Program-made: the position numbers and the translations under genes
Assembly (NCBI GenBank): GCA_030704615.1
Contig: CM060732.1
Location: 39,680,001 to 39,744,000, forward strand
Source of the DNA: Takakia lepidozioides
Lineage: Eukaryota > Plantae > Bryophyta
Length of the DNA: 64,000 nt
Direction of reading: 5' to 3'
Notes under the pieces: generated by a model
Database searches by the model: none
What the model was told of the DNA's origin: nothing
Seen by the model: the letters and a program-made list of their open reading frames with translations, nothing else
Part shown: positions 36,701 through 50,200 of the stretch, one piece after another
Layout of the letters: each line of letters opens with the position of its first letter
How positions within the stretch are numbered: the first letter of the stretch is position 1

Positions 36701-36826
36701 GTGTGAGAGGTCCAGATGATTCCCCTATGTCTATTCCTCTCTCCCAAAGATATGGATAATTAGCTTTCAGATAGCTTTCTCTTTTGCTGAATATCTCTGT
36801 CGTCTAGCTTCTCTTTCATCACTCAT
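30800..36826 (-). pseudogene. gag-pol of copy 2 (frameshifted in this assembly)
   Basis: Gag capsid (PPFPIYSGKGDPDVHI), CCHC x3, protease, RT, RNase H and integrase motifs in successive ORF fragments. Confidence 0.93.
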
Positions 36827-36847
36827 GTCCCATGTCTTTCATTTCTT

Positions 36848-37543
36848 TTAATGTGGCAATAACCAAAACTCTCTTCTGTAATATCTCTCGTATATGCCTG
36901 GGTTTCTTTCAAGCTTCAATGCACCCTTGGCTATACTTGAAGTCTCCGTTCCCATATAACCATATGGCAAACAAGTCTGAAAAGCTGTTCTTGGTGTGAG
37001 TTTGATCCACAAAATATCCTTTGGAATCCAATTCTTTACCAATACAAGCTCTTCATGCATATGAGTATAAACATTCACCTTTCTTTCTTCCCAGCCTTCA
37101 AACTCTACTCGTTTAATGGATAGCAACGCTATCACATAAACCAATGTTGGTAACCAACGTGCTCTTCCTCTACAGGCTACCTGATAAATCTTTATCACTC
37201 CTTTCTCCAGACCCCATTCTGGATCAGCATCATGCACTCGTTTAAGAATATTTTCTTTACAACCGTCTGGCAATTCCAAGAACCTTTGAAAGAATTGTTT
37301 GGACAATCTTTCGTCCTTCGTTCCACAGGGAATTTGATTTATTTCAAATTCTTTAATGGTCCAACCACCATGATCCCACCAGATGCCTGTCACATCTGGT
37401 TGTTCATGTCCCAGCTCCCCAGTATGGTCGCCAAATGTCGCGCGGCTTTTACTCACCCATCCCTTCGCTATCCGAGGCGGAAACTCCAAGATAGAAGAGT
37501 TGGAAATCTCTAAGTACTCAGCCCGCGCAGAACAATCAGTCAT
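36848..37543 (-). CDS. Extra 5' ORF (ORF0, 231 aa, unknown function) of the LTR element
   Basis: Open ATG-to-stop frame that starts inside the LTR and crosses the PBS; homologues at 18952-19650 and 46498-47193. Confidence 0.65.
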   Translation of the reverse strand: MTDCSARAEYLEISNSSILEFPPRIAKGWVSKSRATFGDHTGELGHEQPDVTGIWWDHGGWTIKEFEINQIPCGTKDERLSKQFFQRFLELPDGCKENILKRVHDADPEWGLEKGVIKIYQVACRGRARWLPTLVYVIALLSIKRVEFEGWEERKVNVYTHMHEELVLVKNWIPKDILWIKLTPRTAFQTCLPYGYMGTETSSIAKGALKLERNPGIYERYYRREFWLLPH

Positions 37544-39239
37544 GACCTACAGCTAGTGTATCATGGGGGTGTTTCCTATTTGTTTCCCTTTCCGCATTCA
37601 TCTTAGCTACCTTACCATTGATAATTAAGTATCAGTTTGCTTCATCAATCTATCGGTTTCCTTCACTCATCCATTCAATCCACAGCTTCACTCAGATCTC
37701 TCTACACAGTGTGATTGTATCGTATAAGTATCAGATTATGATTTATCAGGTATCAGGCCGAAGCCATTATGTCTCTAATCTGCTCTCCAATATCACTACA
37801 GCTTTGCATATAACAAGCATCTACTAATCCTCTTTTCTCCTTCATCGTGCTCTCCATCTCTTGCTTCCGATCTCCGCTCCAACCTGACTAAGAAGTCCTC
37901 CTCCGAATGATGTCATTCAATTCCCCGTTTTCCCCCCTTTATCTTCCTCTCCGCGGTTCTAACCGTTTCCCTCACTAACCGTGTCTGTGAACTAACATGT
38001 TCCCTTTGCAGGTGTTGTTCCCCACAGTCGTTCCCTGTCCTACTCTTCGTTCCCTATGATCGTGACCGCTGTGTCAAGCTGTGACTGGCTGTGTGAAACT
38101 GTGACGGGCTGTGACTGGCTGTGCGACTGTGTTTGGCTGTGTCGGGCTGTGACTGGCTGTGTCGGCTGTGTCGGCTGTATCTGCTGTGACGACTGTGACG
38201 GGCTGTGTCGGCTGTGTCGGCTGTGACGACTGTGACGGGCTGTGTTGGCTGTGACGACTGTGACTGGCTGTGTGGCTGTGTCGGGATGTGTCGGCTGTGT
38301 CGGCTGTGTCTGCTGTGACGACTGTGACGGGCTGTGTAACCCCCCTCTACAGTGCGCTGCTGTCACCCCTAAGGCTCCTGTTGGTCTCAGTCTGTGCAAA
38401 AATTAAGGGTACCCTACAGATCCCGTATAAGTGTCTAAGTCCCCTACAGTCCTCTAACAACCAACATGATGGTTGTGGCACCACCAACATGCCCACACAG
38501 CATGCAATGCAAACCTGCAGGTACCACTGCAAGGTTGGGGATCTATCCTCCCATCCACATGTGGAACTAGGTGACATGACGCACAATTGCGCACATGGTC
38601 TTATCAATATTGACGCTTTGAACTTAAAAACAGCAATGTTGTTTAGCAACGTTGGCTTGGTATTTAATACTAGTGCATATACCAGTCCTCCACCTATATA
38701 CCAGACCGACATTGGTCACTTCGTAGAGGTCCGACAACATTGCTAAATGTATGTTGACAATATTAATTTTGTGTGCCAAAGAGTTACCGACAGCTAGGTA
38801 TTAATAATCAATTATAAGAACAACAATGTAATATTTTAATAAACTGAAATTTAAAGTGTATGTGCAGTCTGCTTACTAAGTGTCCAATTCAATGAGATTT
38901 CAATTAAATGATCAAACTTGTCAATATTGACGCTTTGACTCGAACTATAACATCAATCATGTTACAAACATCATGATATCTCAATTGTATCATGAACCCC
39001 CTTAACAATTAAATTGACTACAATTATTATGTCATCCAATTTATATAATGATAATCTATAGATGCATGTTGAATGTAATTTATAGATGTATGTTGGATGT
39101 AATTCATTGCAACCTCGTGTTGACCTATGACCTTCTATATAAAGATATATGAGGACTTTTGTGTGGGGCCAAATGGCACAACTACATTGCATTGATTGTG
39201 ACAGCTACAAGATATTCACTTTGAAAAGTTAGCTTTAAC

Positions 39240-42130
39240 TAGGGTAGCATGTACCGTTGCCCCATGTATCCTAGTGTCATCTAAGCCCAAGTGCAATTTC
39301 CTATGTATCCCAGTGCGTCTCCTATGTCGAGGCCCAAGTGGGTACTTGTAGGGTTGAGTGGACAAAAAAACGACAGATGTTGCAATCCATGGAAGTCCAT
39401 GACCAAAATTAAAATTGACGATATTTCCCCAAATAATTCAAATGATGATAGACAATGGTATATTCAACAGTTTTGATAAAGGGTCTTACCCCAAACATCA
39501 AAAATAATTTTTACTATAAATTTTAGTCTTTATTTTGAATAAAATTTGATACATCAAAAATTAGAATTTACATCGATTTGTCTATATACAACCAAGCCAT
39601 TGTACATTATATTTTGCATCCTTTGTAGTAAAATATGACACCTCAAAATCAAAATATATCATGGACTTGGCAAAATAAACCACATTTTTGGGACATATAT
39701 TAGTCCATAGGAGCCAAATGGAGGGATTTTGCCACTTCAAATCCATATCTACGATGTGGACCAAAATGACCACCTTATGTCTAAATTTCAATGGAATTGA
39801 CCAATGGCACATGGGACTTCTTGAGTCCATCGTAATTCCATTCACTGCGGAAACAAGTCCATTGTATGGTCTTCAAAAGTCCATAACTTTGTCATTTCTT
39901 ATCAAATTCATGATTGGAGAGTTGTTATGGGTGCGTATTGAAGCTAGGAATCCCATAACATATATATTTGTTGGTTTTTGATGACACCATCAATTGCAGT
40001 CATCTTAAACTGTGCCGATAACGTCCATTTTGGACCAGTCATTCCTGCATTCACCCAAACTTGTGACCTCCAGTGTAGTTTGTGTCATTGGCCCAAGCGT
40101 CCAGTGTCATCAGTATACGAAGAAAGCCAGTATGTTTGTTTTGTTTTGTTTGTTTGTAGCGTCGTTGAGATCTCCTAAACCGTAGGGCCCCAACGTTGGT
40201 GCTTGGTACCGTTGGAAAGCCCTCGATCAGGAGGGGTGCACTGGCTTGGTCTCATGATTTTTGGACCCGCAGTGTGGGAGATATGGAATTTTGAGTACTT
40301 TCGGTTGTTGAAAATTCACAAAAAATAGCAAAGTGGGCTTTGGGATTGCACTTGGACTTAGGTGACATTGGACAGTGGAGGTCGCACTTGGGCCTCTACA
40401 TAAGAGACGCACATAGATACATAGGAGATTGCACTTGGGCTTAGATGAAACTTGGGACACTTGGGCCAACGGCACAGGCTACCCCAGAGGTCGCACAGGG
40501 ACCTCAACATGAGAGACACACTTGGATATATAGGAGATTGCGGCTTAAATGACACTGGACACTTGGGCCAACGGCACAGGCTATCCTAGTCTATCTCTAA
40601 GTGTGGTCCCCTATGTATCCAGAGATCCCACTCTTTGGGAGATCTAGGGTAGCCTGTGCCATTGGCCCATGTGTGAAGAATTGAAATATAAGCCCAAGTG
40701 CAATCTCCTATGTATCCAAGTGCATCTCCCATGTAGAGGCCCACGTGCCACCTCCAGAGTCCAATTTCACCTAAGTCCAAGTGCAATCCCAAAGCCCAAT
40801 TTGCTATTTTTGCAATCTCCCCTATCGAGGCTTAATCTATTGATATATCCACTTTGCTATTTTTTTGCAGCAATCAAAAGTACTTGAAATTCCAAATCTA
40901 CCACATGAAGGGCTAATCATTGCTCCAGGAAAGTCCACTTTGCTATTTTTCCCGAATTTCCAACGGTCAAAAGTACTTGGAATCCGGCATCTCCCACACC
41001 GCTAGTCCAAAAATTATGAGACTAAGCCGGTGCACCCCTCCTCATCGAGGGCTTTCCAACGGCACCAAGCTCCGGGGCTGGGGCCCCGCGGTTTGGGAGA
41101 TCTTACCGATGCTACAAACAAACAAAACAAGTGCAATCCCAAAGCCCACTTTGCTATTTCTGCAATCTCCCCTGTTGAGGCTTAATCTATTGGTATATCC
41201 ACTTTGCTATTTTTTTGCAGCGACCAAAAGTACTTGAAATTCCAAATCTGCCACATGAAGGGCCAATCATTGCTCTAGGAAAGTACACTTTGCTATTTTT
41301 CCCGAATTTCCAACGGCCAAAAGTACTTGGAATTCGACATTTCCCACACCGCTGGTCCAAAAATTATGAGACTAAGCTGGTGCACCCCTCCTCATTGAGG
41401 GCTTTCCAACGGCACCCAGCACCGGGGCTAGGGCTGGGGCCCACGGTTTGGGAGATCTCACCGACGCTACAAACAAGCAAAACAAAACAAAACAAAACAA
41501 ACGTCTCGCTTCATATATTGACTAGGGTAGCCTATGCCATTGACCCAAGTGTCCAATGACATCTAAGTCCAAGTGCATCAATATATAAAGCAAGCCATAT
41601 CTAATCAATTCTTTTTCCACAGAGCCTACGACCAGATTTGAACCGGAGACCTTTCCCTTGATATCTCTCCCGTCAAGGCTCCAACCATTGTCCCAGGAAT
41701 GCACACTTTGCCATTTTTGCTATATTTTTGTGAATTTCCAGCAACCAAAAGTACTTGGAATTCCACATCTCCCACACAGCAGGTCCAAAAATCATGAGAC
41801 CAAGCCTGTGCACCCCTCCTCGTTGAGAGCTTTCCAACGGTACCAAGCACGAGCATTGGGGCCCCGCGGTTTGGGACATCTCAACGCAATAAAACAAAAC
41901 AAAACAAAACAAAACAAACAAACAAACAAACGTCTCGATTCATAGATTGATGTAGATGAAACATATTTATGTTTGTTTACCAATGGCACCAAGCACCGGG
42001 GCTAGCCCCGCGGTTTGGGAGATCTCACCGACGCTACAAACAAGCAAAACAAAACAAACCAAAACAAACGTCTCACTTCATATATTGATTTAGATGAAAC
42101 AATACAATAATTTATGTTTGTTTTACCAAT
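39240..42130. repeat. Cluster of nested non-autonomous repeats (direct and inverted subunits)
   Basis: End motif CTAGGGTAGCCTGTGCC(A/G)TTGGCCCA at 39239(+), 40589(-), 40644(+), 41522(+). Module CACCCCTCCTC..GAGGGCTTTCCAACGG.ACCAAGC..GGGCCCCGCGGTTTGGGAGATCT-(AAAAC)n at ~40130-40330(-), 41030, 41380, 41810, 41990. Confidence 0.75.
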
Positions 42131-42526
42131 TTTTTGTTTTTAGACATGGCTCGTCTATTATAATAATTATGATACCAAAATTTCAGAGGATTGTGATCAC
42201 ACGTTAGGTATTTAGGCATGGTTAATTCAAATAGTATTTATCTATTTTTAGTTAAGCCTATTTACACTTATTTTTGGGTGTTAAATTGGACTTCATTTGG
42301 TCCCATGTGTCATCTCAGCGTTGAATCTTAGTTGTGACATGGGCAACCTTGAATCTCCATGCAGTGGGTGGAGAAGACTCATGATCATAGTTGAGCTTCC
42401 ATAGCACAAGCTCTTAAAAGAGAGCTGTGTGGTGAGGATTAATAATTGATTGATTCTTCTAACATGAAGAGTACATATGAGAGCTTGAGAGCATATTACA
42501 ACTCGAGTACTTAGGTGCCCCACAAC

Positions 42527-43537
42527 ATGATGGTTGCAACTTTGTTTTGTCTGGTCATATTTCTGACACCAATATTATTATTGAATGACGTATCTGCTTA
42601 CTGTGTGTATAACGATGCCTCATTTGATATCGTCGTCGACCAGGTACTCATGAATTAGTAGTTACGATTCACGAAACCTACATGAAAGTGCATTGATCAG
42701 TTGCAAAGTAATTGAAATTATTCTAAAGTGTATAGAAATAGTTATCAAAACAAGTCCACTTCACATTGACCATTTTTCTCAACGGAAAGGACCTTAAAAA
42801 CACACTCACGACTTCCATAACTTTCTGAAATTCCTCTTCATAGTCTAACAATTCCTTGAAAAAACTTCAAGTCTCTATGTTTGTCATGGTCTTGATACCA
42901 ATTAGATTGAAAGGGATGTTTGCTTATATATCCTATACAAAAATCAACAATAGTCTATAGGTTATCATGAGCTACAAGAACTTTTTCAACTTTTAGATTA
43001 ATAGGAAGTGAACATAAGACTGGTTTTGATCACGGTTTGGGATCTATCAGTAGGATTGTTTTGAAACGCAATCAGATCAAAGCTCGAAATTACTCATTAA
43101 CATATATTTTCAACTTCGGAGGATTAAAAATATAATAATATTGCATTTTATTGCTTCAATATAAATTATATTGATATTGCATGTTATCATATAATATTCA
43201 CATACTCATCTGCACAATGTGTCTACAGCAACCAGAGTCACAGAGGTCTTTCAAATCAGTTGTAGCTGCGGGTACCTCTCAATGCTGCAATTGGAGTAAT
43301 TATGATTGTACTTACGCGCATGGCGATCAATGCGGAACAACTTCACTTGCCGTCTATGAGAATAAATTCGATTTTAACCCAGAGGTTTATGTGAACGTTA
43401 TCAACGGGGGCATACTATACTACAATGGTAAAGATGTTCCGGTTTCATGCTGGGAAGGACCATGCCAAGGTCCAAACATCAATTGGGACGGAAGTACAGG
43501 CCCTCCTTCTGATATTTGCCCTAACGGCATTGACTAA
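42527..43537 (+). CDS. Small secreted cysteine-rich protein, 141 aa, two exons (42527-42643, 43229-43537)
   Basis: acaacATG start; hydrophobic signal peptide MMVATLFCLVIFLTPILLLNDVSA|YCVYN; CAG|GTAC donor and CTACAG| acceptor, both phase 0; 8 Cys in the mature part; AATAAG/ATTAAA downstream. Confidence 0.85.
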
Positions 43538-46500
43538 AATGTGACAATATTGTTTCAGTTGGCATTCATCTATATTATGAAGGAAAACTAGTACACAAAT
43601 AGTGTGTATGATATTAAATAAGTTGCATATTGGATATGCATTGATATTTTTAGAGTTTTTAGAGCATGTTTTTCATGGCTAAGGATGCTAGTAAGAGACC
43701 TAAAATTGAACACAAAAGATAGAATAAGTTGCTGTGATAATCAAGAAAGTTTTCCATTTTTCTAGTTGAAGAATGACAGCTTGCAGTATTGTAATATGAG
43801 CCAATTTTTTATTGAAAAATTAATGTTTGAGGGGAATTTTTGACTTACTGATTATAACTCCAATTTATGGATTCAAAGTGTTCAAACTAAGCATCCAGTC
43901 CATCCGATAAGTATACATGGAAATATAATGCTTGAAAGAAGAATATTGGCATCAACTGAAGGTATTGGGTACTGTGCAATGGATTTCATCATTCATGTCA
44001 CAATCAATATATGAAGCAAGGTAGTTTGTTGGCTCTCTTGTAGAGAGAGACTATGCAACTTGTTCAAGTCAACGGAGAAAATGTGGTCAGAGGACCTTAG
44101 ACAGTTTCAACTTTCAAGGCTCCGATTGGGGTGTTGTGTTGAGTCATGATGCGCCCCTTACTCTCACCTTAGCATAGCTACGGCGTGAGCCCAGCCCCGT
44201 AAGCTTGGGAGCTGAGCTCACGCTTAAGCCTGGAAGTGTGAGTGCAGCGAAAGGTTGTGGAGAAGTAGGCCCTATAGGCGAGGATGGCAGATAGAGGGCC
44301 AATTACCATGGAAAACTGTGGTGTAAATCTTGGTGGATTCTTTTTTTGCCTATGGTTTGAAATTTTGTTTAAGTCCTGTGATGAATCTTGTTCCCATTCC
44401 TTAATGAATGTCGTGATACATTCATCGTGGAAGCCCTGGAATCTAGGGCGATTTTGCGCAGCAGGTTTTGGTTTTGCATTACGAGCGGAGTATGGAAAGA
44501 GAGCTCTCTACTGGCATACAACAGCATCAAGGCTTGATACGAGCAAATGTGCTCTGCTGCAACGGCAGATAGTGTTTATGTTAGTTTCAGCTGAGTTATG
44601 AGGCATCCATAGTCTTTAATTCGTAGCATCAGCCTTTGGGTCATTTGGGCTGTATCATTGGCAGAATGGAGATTCTGTTGTGATGAAGGAATTCTTCATG
44701 AGCTATAGCTCAGGAAACCAGCCTATAGGCTGCGTTTGGTGCTTTATAGTTGAGAGTTTTTTTGGTGTGGTATCTGTTTTTGTTTTCCTAAACATTTGGT
44801 AACTGCTTGTAGCTGAGGGGGCGTGCTAGATTGTGAGCACAAATAACTGTGAGCAGGATTCTGCTCACAATTCTCGGCCTATTACCGTGGACCTGTACCT
44901 GCTGGAAGCCCTATTACCATGGGCTTCAAGCGTCGAAAATGGAGCATTTTTTTTTAAGAGTGAGCCTGTGGGTTAGCAACAACATTGTGGAGTGGTTGAT
45001 TGATGTTTGAGTGTGTTTTGAAAAGGAGCTGGATAAAGGAGAGTGGATGAATGATGGATGAATGTGTGATGAAAAGAGATGGATAAAAAAAAAGTGGATG
45101 AATGAAAACGACGAATCCAGTCCGGGGACTGCTAAAGGAAGACCGAAAACACATCTTCAAACATGCAAAGGAGGAAAACTGGTGCTTCATAAATGTCTGT
45201 CTTGAAACACACGAGTCATTCCGAAAAGGCATTTCCACCGCTATCCGATTTTGTGCCCAAAACTGATGTAGAACTGTCTATAAAGATACTAGCCCTGCTC
45301 TGCATAAAACCACCTCTGTCACGGACCACAGGGGGAGATAAGATAAGACTAAATTCCATCGCTGCAGCATCTGCTTAAGATGGCAACCAAAAATCTTGGG
45401 GAGGACTTGGGAAGAAGCTTGGGTTGGCAAAGAAATGGAGAAACCATTGTGTCCTTGGACTCCTGCAAAGATATCCCAACTGATTAACGCCAGATTGTAA
45501 TTCGAGTTTTTTTTGGAGGAAATGCACAAAAAACCAACACAGAAGGACGCAAGGTTGTGTCATAGACTAGCCGAACATGCATTTACTCACATGTGAAATC
45601 GGAATCCACCTCCAGAGCTTCCGGCTCTTGCAAATCTGGCTCAACCACAATCTTGTCAGTCTGGGTCGAATGGGACTGTTAGAGGGCTGTCTGGGACTTA
45701 GACAATTTTACGGGTTCTGTGGGGTACCCTTAATTTTTGCGTAGACTTACGGATGGTAGACTTAGACCAACAAAGGCCTTAGGGGTGGAAGACAGACTTA
45801 CACACTCAGTCACAGTCAGACACAACCTTACACAGCCCGACACAGCCTTACACAGTTAGTCACAGTCTATCACAACTCGACACAGCTTCGCACAGCCAGT
45901 CACAGCCCGACACAGCACGACACAGCCCGACACAGCTAGTCACAGCTCGGCACAGTCACAGCCCGACACAGCTTGGCACAACCCGTCACAGTGTACGTAG
46001 GGAACGGTCATCATTGGCAGGGAACGACATCTGCGGAAGGAACGTGCTTACTTCTTGGGTGACAGTTAGTTAGTAAGGCGGTTAGAACAGCTTGCAGGTA
46101 GATTAGGCAGAGTAGCAACTTGGAGAGGGACTTCGGGCATCAGGACTTGGTCATCGGGAAGAGGAGGACGATCCGGGAGCTGGGGGAATGAAAAGCACAG
46201 TGAAGGAGGAGACACAAACGGATGATGCTTAATCCATGCAAGCTGTAGAGATATATTGTAGAGCAGACTAGGAACACTCGGCCTGATACTTGATAGATCT
46301 TAATCTGATATATTCCATACTCACACTGTGTAGAGAGACCTGAGTGAAGCTGTGGAATGAATGGATGAGTGATTGGGAACCTAGAAGATTGCTGAAGCAA
46401 TCTGATGCATAAATATAAATAGTAAGGTAATTTGCTGACATGAAGGCAACAAAGAATACAAACAAGAAACACTTCCATGATACACTAGTTGTAGGTCATG

Positions 46501-47213
46501 ACTGATTGTTCTGAGCGGGCTGAGTGCTTAGAGATATCCAACTCTTCTATCTTGGAGTTCCCACCACGGATAGCAAAGGGATGGGTGAGTAAAAGCCGCT
46601 CGACATTTGGCGACCATACTGGGGAACTGGGTCAGGAACAACCAGATGTGACAGGCATCTGGTGGGATCATGGTGGTTGGAGAATTAAAGAATTTGATGT
46701 GAATCAAATTCCCTGTGGAACTGAGAAAGAAAGGTTGTCCAAGCAATTCTTTTAGAGATTCTTGGAATTGCCAGACGGTTGCACAGAAAACATTCTTAAG
46801 AGAGTGCATGATGCAGATCCTGAGTGGGGTCCGGAGAAAGGAGTGATAAAGATTTATCAAGTGGCCTGTAGAGGGAGAGCAAGTTGGTTACCAACGCTGG
46901 TTTATGTGATAGCGTTGATATCCATAAAACGAGTGGAGTTTGAAGGCTGGGAGGAACGGAAAGTGAATGTTTACACTCATATGCATGAAGAGTTGGTACT
47001 GGTAAAGAATTGGATTCCTAAGGATATCCTATGGATCAAACTGACACCAAGAACAGATTTTCAGACGTGCTTACTATATGGTTATATGGTAACAAAGACT
47101 TCTAGTATAGCCAAAGGTGCATTGAAGCTTGAAAGAAACCCAGGCATATACGAGAGATACTATAGAAGAGAGTTTTGGTTATTGCCTCATTGAAGATATG
47201 AAAGACATGGGAC

Positions 47214-50200
47214 ATGAGTGATGAAAAAGAAGCTAGACTTCACAGATATTCAGCAAAAATAGAGAGTTATTTGAAAGCTAATTATCCATATCTTTGGGAG
47301 AGAGGAATAGACATAGGAGAATCATCTGGACCTCTCACACCATTAAGATCAAAGAGTACATCACCCATACCGGAGGAACCAGAGTTGGATGCCACTCCTT
47401 CCTATTCTTTACAAGAAAGACTAAAGGAATTGGTACATGAAGAAGATCAACCACAAGGAGAGAGATCTGAGGTACATCCCTGGATTAAAGATTTGACAGA
47501 AATCTTTGATCAAAGTTGGCATGGGACACCAAGGGCAGGAACTCGAGTTTCTGAATCACAATAAGAAGAAGAAGAAGAGGAAGATGTGGCAGAACCAACA
47601 GAGAGTTCAGACTCTCCCACACCACTCCAGTTGAGTTACATGAGTGAGGAAGAAGAAATCCAATAGAAGAACTTGGAAGATGAAAACAGAGAGAAGAAAT
47701 TGGAAGATGAAGAGTATGAAGGAGTAGACCCAACAGTTGAGGTTGAGACTACAACCAGGACATCCCAACCCATTGGACCTGGATCAAGTGGAGCACTTGG
47801 ATCACAGGCCAACGAAGGTGTCGGCTCAGGGGGATCAGGCGAGAAGCTTGGATCTGGCTCTGGGGGGACAGGGAGTGTGGGAAGTAGTGCAGCTGGAGCT
47901 GGGAATACTATGAGTATAGAAGGGCCAGTAGCAGGGAGTGCTCAGGGGCCAGCACCTGGTGGAAGATCCACCACTACAACCACAGGTCCTCAAGGACCAG
48001 CACCTGTCAATGGGCAGGGTGTAGGGCCACAGATGGCGGTACCTCCAACACGGACAAAACCACCTTTCCAATATATGCAGGGAGAGAGGATCCTGATGTA
48101 CACATTAGCCAATTTGAGCACATGTGTATTGTGAACAATGAGAATGGCGATGATGCCAATATGAGACTGTTTCCTTGTTCACTTATCAAGAAAGCAAGTG
48201 AATGGTATGCAAGATTCCCTGACAATCATTTCCTAACCTGGGATGGCCTTAGTACAGCATTCCGAAATAGGTTCAGGACAAGCAAAACTGAGGATGAAGT
48301 GTATGGAAGTTTACAATAGTTGAAGCAAAAGAAGCATGAAACTGTTGAAGAGTACATGGAAAGGATGGAATTGATGATGAAAAAGTTGGCTGCTGTACCA
48401 GCACCAGGGTTACAGAAGACTTGGTTTGTGAGTGGATTAAGACCTGAATTACAAAAGAAAGTGGATATGCTACCCCATAATACAGTGGAAGAGACATTTG
48501 AAACAGCCAACAAAATTGAGCAATTGGGGATGCTCATAAGAGAGAAAAGGGATGATGAGGACTCTGGAGATGAGTCAGATGAGGAAGAAGAGCAAGAGTT
48601 CAAAAGGAAGAGTAAAAATAAAATAAAAAATTGAAGAGGGAAAACTATGAGAAAAGACTGGAGGAGATTTTGAAGAAGTATGCCACAGAGGCTGCAACAC
48701 ATTGGAGGAATGGTGTTTGGTGTGCAAAATGCCAGAACGAAGGCCATATCACAGCTGAATGCCACATGAAGGAGAAACATTGTACTATCTATTAAATGGA
48801 TAATCATTCTACTGAGAATTGTTACTACAACAGAAGGACAACTGCAAGAGAACCTAGGCAAGTGAGGGTGCATCAAGTGCAGCCCCAGCCAAGAAGAAAC
48901 AATGACCAGGACCACTATGGAAGGCTTGGTGGTTATAACAATGGTATGGCAGGAAGAGGTAATCCAATAGGGAATTACCAAGGCAATCTCAAAGGCAACT
49001 ACCAAGGTAACCCAAGAGGGAATTACCAGCCAGGGAATCAGGATTATAGAAATAATCCCAGAGCAGACCAAGGGCGAGGACCCAAATGGTGAAGAACTGT
49101 GTTACTATTGTAATCAGGCGGATCGCAGGGCGGCCTGTCCATTCTGGATCAGACACCAGAATGAGATGAGAGCTCCTATGAATGAGGGCCCCGTGGTGGC
49201 AGCTCACATGGTTAGGCCATGTTTTGTACCAGAAGTGAGTACAACGATAGTAACCAGAAGCAAAACTAAACTAATACCTCCAATGGATGAGGAAGAAGAT
49301 GATCATGAGGATGGCAGTGATGTGCCTGAAGATGATGAGGCTTGGAGAGATGAGAAGGAACTACAGAAGGAAGTGGCTGACACCATAAGGGAAATGCAGA
49401 AGAATACTGATATCCCTATGGCAGATACTTCTGACTCTGATAGAGAAGATGGAGAGGGTGAAGATGAAGTGAAGAAAGAAGTTGCACAAGTGCAGAGTAA
49501 TGAAGGGACTTTGGCTGAAGTAATATACCAGACTAAAGCTGAGATTACCATTGGACAGTTATTGGCTGTGGCACCTCATTGTAGGCACAGGCTGTACCAA
49601 GCAATTAATCAGATTGCTCATGTGACAGAGAACATAGACCTGAACAACAAGGTGACAAGCTATAATGTGAAGCCAGAAGGGCAAGAAACAGTCATGGACT
49701 TTGATGATTCTATGCCAGTAATCCAATTGAGAATTGGAAGCACAAACCTGACTGATGTACTGATAAATGGAGGCTCAGGAATGAATATTATGACGGACCA
49801 ATTAAGGCAGAAGCTTGGTCTGAGTAGTATGAAACCAGCTCCATTTACAGTAACAATGGCAGATCAAAGGAGTGTACAACCATTAGGCTTGATAAGAGGA
49901 GTTAAGATACAGATCCAGAAGATGATCTTTGAGATCACAGTGACTATGTTGAAAATGGATGATGTTATGGAAGCTTACTCCTTATTGCTGGGTCGACCAT
50001 GGCTGAAACAGGCCAGGGTATTCCATGACTGGAATTCCCAGTTACTTACTGTGCATGATGGGAAGCACAAGATACAGGTCACCACTAAGAAATCTAGTAG
50101 GCTACCTGCTACCAGAAGACCTCGTGGAGTCAGAGAGTATGACTGGAGGGGAGGACTCGATGAGGAGCAGGAAGCTACCCTGTTTGCTGCGCACCCAGAG

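Larger units (their letters stand above)
25078..38459 (-). mobile_element. Ty3/gypsy LTR retrotransposon copy 2, essentially full length (~13.4 kb)
   Basis: 5' LTR 37436-38459, PBS 37416-37433, ORF0 36848-37543, gag-pol ~36826-30800 (PR-RT-RH-INT order; WGLDFVGP, SDQGSHF, NGQAE, WKGPY), 30-bp tandem array, long 3' ORF, PPT 26177-26196, 3' LTR 25078-26176; no chromodomain. Confidence 0.96.

Noticed and set aside
17969-38459. Treating copies 1 and 2 as one giant element or a DIRS-like inverted-LTR element
   Set aside because: Each has its own PBS and gag-pol, copy 2 has two direct LTRs and a DDE integrase, and there is no tyrosine recombinase or shared TSD.
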